A DNA stretch of 57,596 bases, from assembly GCA_016215405.1 (NCBI GenBank), contig JACRJQ010000002.1:1-57596 (forward strand), in the 5' to 3' direction. The notes beneath the pieces were generated by a model. It was not told the DNA's origin. It saw only the letters and a program-made list of their open reading frames with translations, and did not search any database. A program made the translations under genes and the position numbers. Below are positions 40,011-47,784 of the stretch, in pieces. The stretch's first letter is position 1; each line of letters starts with the position of its first letter. Source of the DNA: Candidatus Tayloriibacteriota bacterium (GTDB lineage: Bacteria > Patescibacteriota > Minisyncoccia > Phycocordibacterales > UBA6065).

Positions 40011-40038
40011 ATTATAGCAGCTATATTTAAATTGTCAA
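40011..40038 (-). promoter_or_regulatory. sigma70 promoter of the ncRNA candidate
   Basis: TTGACA (40038-40033) and TATAAT (40016-40011) on the minus strand. Confidence 0.75.
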
Positions 40039-40143
40039 CCTCTCCCGCGCTCAGAACTATCCCTTCCGTACAACGGCTAAACGAGGCCTTTTTCAGTAAA
40101 TGTTATGATTGCCTCATGGAAAAGAAATTTAAAAAGCTTCTCG

Positions 40144-40974
40144 TTAGAGCTGTTTTGGCGGATCAATTCGTCCGAGCAAAGCGCGTAACTGGTCGGGCTG
40201 AGGTACATTCTTCCGATTATAGCGGTACACGAACTCGTCGACATAAGACTGGAGGTGCTTCTTCGAAACGGAGTGGTGGGTCCCGTGCAAAGAACGCTTA
40301 AGCTGACCCCAAAAGTTCTCGATTGTATTGGTGTACACATCACCGAGCACATATTGCTTCTGTGAGTGGTTAATCGTCTGCTTCTTGTACCCCCTGACGA
40401 CGTTATATATCGCCGCGTCGTCAGTCACGAGAATTGAACCTTTTCTTATGTACTTCTGGAGAAACGGAATGATCTCGTACTCGTCTCTCCGGCTGATCAC
40501 CTTTCCTCTGAGCTGACCTCCGCGTTGCACCACTCCGACTATGGGAGCTTTGTCCTTGAAATACGAACCCGACCTCCTCGGCCGGCGGCCTCCGATATAG
40601 GCCTCGTCTGCCTCGACTACTCCAGAGAGTTTGATGTCACCTTCCTTCATGAGCCCCCTGATTGCCTTAGCCATCCTCCAAGCAGTCTTGTAGGTGACTC
40701 CGAGCTGTCTCTCTAGCTCTTTTGCAGCAACGCCGTTCTTAGATTGGGAGAAGAGATAGATGGCGTAGAACCACTTCATTAGAGAAGTGCTCGATCTCTC
40801 GAATATCGTGCCTTTGAGCGGGTAAATGTGTCGCCTATCTTGAGTAGTATAGGCTTTCCGTCCTTTTATCCTTCTGAGCTCCTGATTTGGAAACCGTATC
40901 CTTACTATGTATTCCAGACATGAATCCTCGTTAGGGAATTCCTTCTGGAAATCCTCGAAGGAATACTTTTTCAA
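40144..40974 (-). CDS. IS1595-family DDE transposase
   Basis: VEADEAYIG, LVTDD, TNTIENFW, YVDEFVYRYN; HTH ELERQLGVTYKTAW. Confidence 0.93.
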   Translation of the reverse strand: MKKYSFEDFQKEFPNEDSCLEYIVRIRFPNQELRRIKGRKAYTTQDRRHIYPLKGTIFERSSTSLMKWFYAIYLFSQSKNGVAAKELERQLGVTYKTAWRMAKAIRGLMKEGDIKLSGVVEADEAYIGGRRPRRSGSYFKDKAPIVGVVQRGGQLRGKVISRRDEYEIIPFLQKYIRKGSILVTDDAAIYNVVRGYKKQTINHSQKQYVLGDVYTNTIENFWGQLKRSLHGTHHSVSKKHLQSYVDEFVYRYNRKNVPQPDQLRALLGRIDPPKQL

Positions 40975-41083
40975 GTATATCTAGACTAGCCCATACCCCC
41001 TCAGTGTCAAGCTATAATGGGAGTGGCATCCCTTGAGTAAGGATGCCCTGGAATCCTACTTCCTAAATGCCATATCCACTAAA

Positions 41084-41149
41084 ATGGATATTTTAAACCT
41101 CATCATCGTTCTCTTGATTCTCAGAGAGGTAAGACTCTTGGCGAAATAA
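41084..41149 (+). CDS. 21-aa hydrophobic peptide, type I toxin-like candidate
   Basis: MDILNLIIVLLILREVRLLAK between TATAAT (41013-41018) and a hairpin at 41161-41187. Confidence 0.45.
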   Translation: MDILNLIIVLLILREVRLLAK

Positions 41150-41236
41150 AGCCGATGATCGCAAGACCGCCCACAAGGCGGTTTTGCTATGGTTCGAGGG
41201 TTTTGGTTGATACCTTATTACCGTCCGTAGTTATAG

Positions 41237-41992
41237 TCACGGTACCAACCTATTTATCGCTCGAATGGTTTCGTTGGAAGATTTGAGCCATTTCCTTACG
41301 TCCTCGATGACTATTTGCCTCTGCTGCCCTTGCTTTTTCTTGCCCCACAGCACGATGTCCGCCTCATGAACTATTCTATGCCTGCGACTAAACAGGGCCT
41401 TTAGTTGCACCGTTGCTTGAATCTTGCGACCGGCCTTCGTTCTAAGATTATCTTTTTTACTCTTTAGTTTTCTTTGAGTGGCAATTTTAGGCCATATTTC
41501 CGATGGTTTTTTGCCCATCATCGCAAGCGCAGTATCTATGCTTGAAATACTTTGAAAGGACAATTTATTAAACGCAGCTTGAACGTAATCAACAATTTCC
41601 GACTCGTTTGAACTACAAGCCAAATCAACAAGTCTCTTTTCTTCTTTTTTTAGCTGCTTGTAACCTTTGCCGTTGTAACCAGAACTTGCGGCCGCCTCTT
41701 TTGCTAGATTCCTAACACTCTCTGGTATCACGAAACCCCTTCCCTTGATTTGACCCCTCAAGACGTTGATTACCTTTACTTTAAAATACGCATCGATCGC
41801 AGCGACTTCGAATATCACAGCAGCTCTAAGATCATCAAACTTTTTCTTCTTTGGGCTCCGCTCATTAAGAAAGATGTCTGCTCTTTTGTGGGCCGCGTTG
41901 AATATGTCTAAAGGGGTAGAAGCCATGGATATATTAGTCATACTATGAGCTAGTTTGACTATTTTTTCAATGTCCAGTCTAAAATGCCCCAT
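41237..41992 (-). CDS. HEPN-domain protein (RiboL-PSP-like), IS passenger
   Basis: LRAAVIFEVAAIDAYF helix and RRHRIVHEAD (Rx4H); true start may be the ATG at 41926. Confidence 0.7.
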   Translation of the reverse strand: MGHFRLDIEKIVKLAHSMTNISMASTPLDIFNAAHKRADIFLNERSPKKKKFDDLRAAVIFEVAAIDAYFKVKVINVLRGQIKGRGFVIPESVRNLAKEAAASSGYNGKGYKQLKKEEKRLVDLACSSNESEIVDYVQAAFNKLSFQSISSIDTALAMMGKKPSEIWPKIATQRKLKSKKDNLRTKAGRKIQATVQLKALFSRRHRIVHEADIVLWGKKKQGQQRQIVIEDVRKWLKSSNETIRAINRLVP

Positions 41993-42079
41993 TTCAATTT
42001 AAGGGTACAGAAACAGACTTATTCACAGGCTCAATTAAGCGGTTTTTGTACCGAGGGGATAGTTGCCCCCGCGCTTCCC

Positions 42080-43048
42080 TTATAGGGAGGCATCCAAAGG
42101 AGGCGTGGACGTGGCCGGCGTCGAGAAGAATTCGACCGTAGCGTCGACGAGCTTGTCGAGGTCTTCGAACCTTCCCTCGTACGAGGATCCGAGCACGGCT
42201 ATGATTATCGGTCGGCCGATGCCTGCGTTCCAAGCGACGACGACGTTTCCGCCAGATAGATCAGTGTATCCGGTCTTCGACGCGATGACGTTCGGTATGG
42301 TCGATATCGAGCGGTTGGTGTTCGTCGCGTCATGAGTCGCGTTGTTCGAAGAGATGTTGGTCCTGCCGTACGAAGTCGCCTCGAGGAGGTGCGGATCGGT
42401 CTTGAGGATATATTCGACGAGCTTCGCCATGTCCTTCGCGGAGCCGTAGCCGCCGGAGAGCGTCTTCGACACGTCGAGGCCTGACTGATTGAGGAAGTAG
42501 GTCTCTGTGAGGCCTATCCGCTTCGAGATCTCGTTCATCTTGCGGACGAAAGCCTCCTGGGCGCTGCCGTCCTCGGTCGTGGATGCCCTTCCCGCCTGCG
42601 ATCCGGCGACCGATGCGAGGGCTCTCATGCCGTCGTTCGAAGAGACTACGAGGCTGTAGTCGATGAGCTTGCCGAGCTTCCATTCCTCGTCGACGAGAAG
42701 GCCCGTATCGCCCTCTTCCCTTAGGTCCTCGGAAGTGATCCTTACGAGCATGTATTCCGGAATGAGCTCTTTCGCGGCCAGGGCGGACATGAGCTTCGTA
42801 AGCGACGCCAAAGGCCACTGGAGCTCTGCTTCTTTTTCGAAGAGCGCCTTGCCGGTCGAGACGTCATAGACGTAGGCGGACTTGGCCTCTATCTCCACTT
42901 GAGGGAATCTCCTCTCGGCGGACTCGGACGGCACGGAAGCGCTCTCCGTGCTAGGCGCCGTAGGCTTGACCAGCCACAAAAAGAGCGCGAGGAGTAGCGC
43001 CAAAAGACCGAGCTCTAGCCATGCCGTCGCTTTAGGATTGAGGGACAT
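42080..43048 (-). CDS. D-alanyl-D-alanine carboxypeptidase (S11)
   Basis: ASLTK (SxxK), SSN, KTG motifs. Confidence 0.92.
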   Translation of the reverse strand: MSLNPKATAWLELGLLALLLALFLWLVKPTAPSTESASVPSESAERRFPQVEIEAKSAYVYDVSTGKALFEKEAELQWPLASLTKLMSALAAKELIPEYMLVRITSEDLREEGDTGLLVDEEWKLGKLIDYSLVVSSNDGMRALASVAGSQAGRASTTEDGSAQEAFVRKMNEISKRIGLTETYFLNQSGLDVSKTLSGGYGSAKDMAKLVEYILKTDPHLLEATSYGRTNISSNNATHDATNTNRSISTIPNVIASKTGYTDLSGGNVVVAWNAGIGRPIIIAVLGSSYEGRFEDLDKLVDATVEFFSTPATSTPPLDASL

Positions 43049-43655
43049 CTTTCGTCTCCGCTGTTATCGCATCAGAGATCTCGGCTTGCGCGAGAGGCGC
43101 CGTCTCTTCTTGCTTGCCTTCCTCGTCCGCCGCCCTCGCGAACGCTTCGAGCTCCGCCTTCGTCTTTTCGTATTCAGGGAGGTCTTCTATCTTGGATATG
43201 CCGAGATGCGCGAGGAGGTCGATCGTCGGCTTATAAGAGAATCCTCTGCCGGCTCCCTCTTTCTCGGCGATCCTTTCGATGAGCCCGCGGACGAGGAGGT
43301 TTCGGATGATGAACGATGAATTAACTCCGCGGATGTAGTCGACCTCCGATCGCTTGATCGGGCTCTTGTAGAGGATGATCGTCAAAGTCTCGAGGCCGGC
43401 TTTGCCCAAGTCCCGATACAGCTCGTCCTTCGTTAGCTTCTCGATAAGGGCAGAGACCTCAGGGGCCGTCCTCAGCTCTATCTCCTCTCCGACCCTCATG
43501 ATGCGCAGTCCGCGCGTGCCGAGAGCTGCTTCGAGCGCGGCGATAGCCGCGTCGAGCTCTTCCTTGCCGCATTCGAGCGCGGCTTGGACCTTTTTTATCG
43601 CCATGGGCTCTCCTTTCCAGAAAAGCAGGGCTTCGAGTTTGGCTTCGAGTGTCAT
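43032..43655 (-). CDS. scpB: SMC-Scp complex subunit ScpB
   Basis: LEALLF, LETL.II.Y..PI.R, IRGVNS. Confidence 0.93.
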   Translation of the reverse strand: MTLEAKLEALLFWKGEPMAIKKVQAALECGKEELDAAIAALEAALGTRGLRIMRVGEEIELRTAPEVSALIEKLTKDELYRDLGKAGLETLTIILYKSPIKRSEVDYIRGVNSSFIIRNLLVRGLIERIAEKEGAGRGFSYKPTIDLLAHLGISKIEDLPEYEKTKAELEAFARAADEEGKQEETAPLAQAEISDAITAETKDVPQS

Positions 43656-43714
43656 TGCTTGAGTATACGGTATAGGATGGCTAATTTGAAGGCGCGAGAG
43701 CTACTTTCGCTGGA

Positions 43715-44137
43715 TTAGAACCGGACTTCGAAGTTCTTCCCTTCCTTGAAGTCCGAATACCTGATCCAGGTAGGCTTTACGATGAAATACCGCTGGTCGG
43801 GAAGCTCGTGAAATTTAGCGGCGGAAGGGTTCTTGGCGATAAGAGCCTTTGCCATCTTCTCTGCTTCCTTGCCCGACAACTCCGAAGCGACGCCCTCATA
43901 TTGAACGGTCTTCTTTCCGGTGAAGGACCAGCCTATCGCAAAAGAGACGCGAGGATCCTTTTGTAAATTCGCATGCTTGCGCGATGTGTTTGAGGTTCCG
44001 AATACGATCTCAAGCCCCTTCGTCTCTGCAAAAGCGACCACCGCGCTCTCGGGCGCCCCGTCCTTTCCCACGGTCGATACCACGGCGAGCTTCTCGCCCT
44101 TTAGGAATTCTGCTATCTTCTTTCTTGGGTTTTCCAT
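43715..44137 (-). CDS. Pyridoxamine 5'-phosphate oxidase-like FMN-binding protein
   Basis: VVSTV..DG.P, SRKHANL..DPRVS. Confidence 0.82.
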   Translation of the reverse strand: MENPRKKIAEFLKGEKLAVVSTVGKDGAPESAVVAFAETKGLEIVFGTSNTSRKHANLQKDPRVSFAIGWSFTGKKTVQYEGVASELSGKEAEKMAKALIAKNPSAAKFHELPDQRYFIVKPTWIRYSDFKEGKNFEVRF

Positions 44138-44168
44138 AAGATTCTCTCCTATATATGCTAATCCGAAC

Positions 44169-44888
44169 CTAATACCTCGGCACCCCGACAGACTCCGTCT
44201 CCATCTGTATATCCTCGAAATGCTTTTCCTGAGTGACGTTGATGATACCCTGCTTTACGAGCTCGAGCATGGCGAGGAAAGAGACTATGACGCTCACTTT
44301 TTCAGTCTTATGCGAATTCGTGAACTCGTTGAAGCTCACCTTGAGGCTCGCCGCGACCCGGCTCGTGAGGCTAGAGATCATCTCTTCGAGGGATATCACC
44401 TTGTCTATCACGACTTTGGGGAGGAACTCTTTTTTCGGCAAGTTAGCCAGCACGCGGCCGGCCGCCTCGAAGAGGCTCGCGACCGTCATAGACTCGTCGG
44501 GCGAGAATACGGGATCGAGCCTCCTCTCTCCTCTCGCGAAGAGATATCTTTTACCGAACAGTGGGCGTATGGCGAGCGCGAGCGCCCGCATCCTCTCATA
44601 GACCTTAAGGCGGCGCTCGAGGTCCTCGATAGAAGCCTGCTCTTCGGCGGTGAGATCGAGCGACGGCAGGAGCGATTTGGACTTTATAAGAAGAAGCGTA
44701 GAGGCGACGAGGATGAAATGGGCGCTGTCGGCGACCGGAAACTCGCTCATAGTCCTTATGTATGCGATGTAATCGTCCGCGACCTTGGCCAAAGACACGT
44801 CAGATACGAAAAGCTTCCTCTTTTCGATGAGGTCGAGGAGAAGGTCTAGAGGACCCTCGAATTTCTCTTGCTTGACGGTAAAAGTCAT
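44169..44888 (-). CDS. scpA: Segregation/condensation protein ScpA
   Basis: FEGPLDLLL.LI, KS..LLP, FLAMLELVK. Confidence 0.95.
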   Translation of the reverse strand: MTFTVKQEKFEGPLDLLLDLIEKRKLFVSDVSLAKVADDYIAYIRTMSEFPVADSAHFILVASTLLLIKSKSLLPSLDLTAEEQASIEDLERRLKVYERMRALALAIRPLFGKRYLFARGERRLDPVFSPDESMTVASLFEAAGRVLANLPKKEFLPKVVIDKVISLEEMISSLTSRVAASLKVSFNEFTNSHKTEKVSVIVSFLAMLELVKQGIINVTQEKHFEDIQMETESVGVPRY

Positions 44889-44934
44889 GGGGCTACGGCC
44901 AATTATAGCTAAAATGGATTATAATGTCTCTGTC

Positions 44935-45819
44935 ATGAGAAGCTTTCTCTTCGCGCACAAGTATTCTCTCTCCGCTCTCGCGGCCTTAGGCCTCGGCATC
45001 GCCGCGTACGCGCTCTACCCTTCTCAGGGCTCGGTCATGGACGCGCACTCCGCCCACAAAAAGGCCATCGCGGAGAGGCTTGCAGGCAGAGGCGTTCCCG
45101 AGATGGATCTTGATATATCGTTCGAGCACTCGAAACCCGTCGTCGCTGGAACAGGGACCTCTCTATCATGGCAGATGCGCGACAGAAAGACCGGCGAATC
45201 TGTCGTGAAATTCGAGAAGAACATGGAGAAGCTCCTCCACCTCATCGTCACGAACGATTCGCTCACCTACTTCGATCATATCCACCCGACGTTCGACGGC
45301 GGGTCATTCTCTATCGCCTACACCTTCCCCAAAGACGACGTCTACTGGCTCTACCTCGATTTCCAGCCCGTAGGATCGTCCGAGATCCAGAAGTCGTTCG
45401 TCCTGCCTGTCGGCGAACCTTCGCCCGAAGCAAAACCTTCGGACAGGTCTGTTTCCAAGGCCTTCGGCGCGTATAAAGTAGCCCTGTCGAGTACGTTTAA
45501 GGCGCGCGACATAGACCTCGCCAAATCCCACCTCACCTTTACCGTGACAGACTCGAAGACTGGAAAGCCGGTAAAGGATCTACGCCCGTATCTCGGAGCG
45601 TTCGGACATCTCGTCATGATAAACACCGCTGACCACTCCTATATACACGCGCACCCCCTCGAAGGCGTCGTTACAGACGATAGGTCGGGCCCTAACGTCG
45701 AATTCTATCCGTTTGACCTTCGCACAGGAAAGCTCGCTCCGGGAACCTATCGCCTCTTTGCTCAGTTCAATCCCCCGTCAGGTCTCTTTACGGCTGACTT
45801 CACCGTAGACATACGATGA
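44935..45819 (+). CDS. Membrane-anchored His-rich metal-binding protein
   Basis: LHLIV..FDHIHP and PYLGAFGHLV..IHAHP duplicated domains; start placed 9 nt after TATAAT. Confidence 0.75.
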   Translation: MRSFLFAHKYSLSALAALGLGIAAYALYPSQGSVMDAHSAHKKAIAERLAGRGVPEMDLDISFEHSKPVVAGTGTSLSWQMRDRKTGESVVKFEKNMEKLLHLIVTNDSLTYFDHIHPTFDGGSFSIAYTFPKDDVYWLYLDFQPVGSSEIQKSFVLPVGEPSPEAKPSDRSVSKAFGAYKVALSSTFKARDIDLAKSHLTFTVTDSKTGKPVKDLRPYLGAFGHLVMINTADHSYIHAHPLEGVVTDDRSGPNVEFYPFDLRTGKLAPGTYRLFAQFNPPSGLFTADFTVDIR

Positions 45820-46652
45820 GGACCTTCTTTGCGCTATCGCTTCTTCTCTCCCTCTTCGTCGCCCCTCTCGAAAGCGCCTCGGCGCACGTCTATCTCGAGG
45901 ATGGGCCGATGGAGGTGTTTACCCATATCGAGCCGGACGACGATCCTATCGTAGGAGCGAAAGCCGACTTCTTCTTCATCTTCTCGGATTCGACTGGGAG
46001 ATTCGACTCCTCGAACTGCGATTGCGTAGCGAGGCTCATCTCCGAAGGCGTCACCGTCTTTGAAAAGGAACTCTTCGAGATACCTGATCCTACGACGGAC
46101 TCCTTTCAGTTCACGCTGCCGAGCACGGGGATATATGACCTTGAGATAGTCGGCGCGCCGCTCGAGCCCGGCCTCTTCGAGCCCTTTGAGGTCCACAGGA
46201 TCATCCGTGCGGAAAGAGTGGTGGCAGAGCCCGTGGCAGAAGCAGAATCCTCGGGATTCTCGATGCGCTACGTCCTCTTTGGGCTTGCTGCCGCCGCGAT
46301 AGCGATCCTCTTCGCGTCTGAGAGCGCGCGATCGAGGAAAGGGAGCGCGGGTAAGGCCGTCTCGGGCGCCGTGCTCTTTATCGCGGCACTCTCTATACTG
46401 GCTATCGCTCTGCATGAGGCTCGCGCATTCGAATCCGCGCTAGATCCTCACTGCGCAGATGCGCACGAATGCTGCAGGATACAGGCCGCCGATATCTCCA
46501 CCGCTCTCGACGCGTCCGCCGCGATCACCTGCTTCGTCGAAAGGGGCGAGGACGGCGATGAGACGGGTTTTCTCGTCGATATCGCCCGCTCGATAAAGAA
46601 TAAATCGCCGCCGACGCCCGCCTCCTCTTTTTTAAAAGCGATAGATCTATAG
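45816..46652 (+). CDS. Exported/membrane metal-related protein with His at mature position 1 and a C-terminal His/Cys-KSPP module
   Basis: ASA-H signal cleavage, HIEPDD, two TMs, HCADAHECC ... KSPP. Confidence 0.65.
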   Translation: MRTFFALSLLLSLFVAPLESASAHVYLEDGPMEVFTHIEPDDDPIVGAKADFFFIFSDSTGRFDSSNCDCVARLISEGVTVFEKELFEIPDPTTDSFQFTLPSTGIYDLEIVGAPLEPGLFEPFEVHRIIRAERVVAEPVAEAESSGFSMRYVLFGLAAAAIAILFASESARSRKGSAGKAVSGAVLFIAALSILAIALHEARAFESALDPHCADAHECCRIQAADISTALDASAAITCFVERGEDGDETGFLVDIARSIKNKSPPTPASSFLKAIDL

Positions 46653-46657
46653 AAAAT

Positions 46658-47299
46658 ATGATAAAGAAGATGATCGCGTGGACGGGAATGGCGGCTCTCG
46701 CCTTTGGCCCGCTCCTCGCGTCGGCTCACGTGACCGTAAAGCCGGCACAGGTCGGGCTCGCGGCGTTCCAGACCTTTACCGTAAGCGTCCCTAACGAAAA
46801 AGACGTGCCGACGACCGCCGTAAGGCTCGTCGTCCCCGAAGGCCTCGGACACGTGATGCCTTCAGTAAAGCCGGGCTGGCGGATTGAGGTAAAGAAAGTC
46901 TCCGTTGAAAAAGCGGAAGCTGGCCATGGAGACGAGGATGGCGACGAGCATTCGACCGCGGAGCGCGTAAGCGAGATAGTCTGGAGCGGCGGATCGATAC
47001 CCGCAGGGCAGAGAGACGAATTCACCTTCTCGGCTCAGGCGCCCGAGCGAGAGGCGGATATCGCCTGGAAGGCGTATCAGACATACGCCGGAGGCGTCGT
47101 CGTCGCTTGGGATATGGATCCTAACGCGCCTAAAGTAGAGGGCGAGGCTCATACCCCCTATTCGAAGACCAGGGTTATAAACGACCTGGCGGGATCGAAA
47201 TCGCCCGAAGGGAGCTCTGACACGACGGCGCTTAGCGTCGCCTTGGTCGCTTTGGTCCTCTCTGTCTTCGCGCTCGTAAAGACGAGGAGAGTAGCTTAG
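46658..47299 (+). CDS. YcnI/DUF1775-family copper-binding protein
   Basis: ASA-HVTV, VPNE, KPGW, AYQTY..G.VV.W, C-terminal TM. Confidence 0.88.
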   Translation: MIKKMIAWTGMAALAFGPLLASAHVTVKPAQVGLAAFQTFTVSVPNEKDVPTTAVRLVVPEGLGHVMPSVKPGWRIEVKKVSVEKAEAGHGDEDGDEHSTAERVSEIVWSGGSIPAGQRDEFTFSAQAPEREADIAWKAYQTYAGGVVVAWDMDPNAPKVEGEAHTPYSKTRVINDLAGSKSPEGSSDTTALSVALVALVLSVFALVKTRRVA

Positions 47300-47659
47300 A
47301 TACGTAGATCGAAGGCGGCCGGCCGAGAGGCCGGCTTTCCTTTGCCGCAATAAAAGAACCGCGCCCAGATGGGTGCGGTTATGAAAGTGAATGATGCGTC
47401 GTATGACTGCATCGTGAAGGGTTTCCGTGAGGAGAACCCAGGCGCAAGACTGAAGTCGAGCGCGAAAGATAAAGAACAATTCCTGATGGCGTCGCGAAGA
47501 GCGAATATACATTATAGGAACGCCAATTTGAGGCCGTGTAGTGGCTTGAAACGGACCGAAGCCCGTTTCCCGAATGTATGCTCTGTCGAGGAGCTTTGGG
47601 AGGGAGAGAAACTATCTCCTTCCCTTGATAATACTACCTCAAAACCCCTTTTCTTTCAA

Positions 47660-47770
47660 GTAAAAACACCCCACGTGATGAGGTGAAGGATGGGATGGGA
47701 CCCGTCCTTCAAGACCTTTTGAGACGGTATCCCGTCCAAAAGGTGTACTGCACCTGTAAGGTGTTTTTAC
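47660..47770. repeat. Dispersed structured repeat, module B, closed by an 11-bp inverted repeat
   Basis: GTAAAAACACC...GGTGTTTTTAC; core is the reverse complement of 20027-20106. Confidence 0.85.
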
Positions 47771-47784
47771 GGCCCGATATAAGG

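Larger units (their letters stand above)
40052..42067. mobile_element. IS1595-family element with passenger genes, 2016 bp
   Basis: Imperfect TIRs CAGAACTATCCCTTCCGTACAA / revcomp GGCAACTATCCCCTCGGTACAA; 8-bp direct repeat CCCGCGCT at 40044-40051 and 42068-42075; visibly AT-richer than flanks. Confidence 0.9.

Noticed and set aside
47369-47686. 105-aa ORF between ycnI and aspS
   Set aside because: No recognisable motif, and it runs into the repeat; cannot be supported as a gene.
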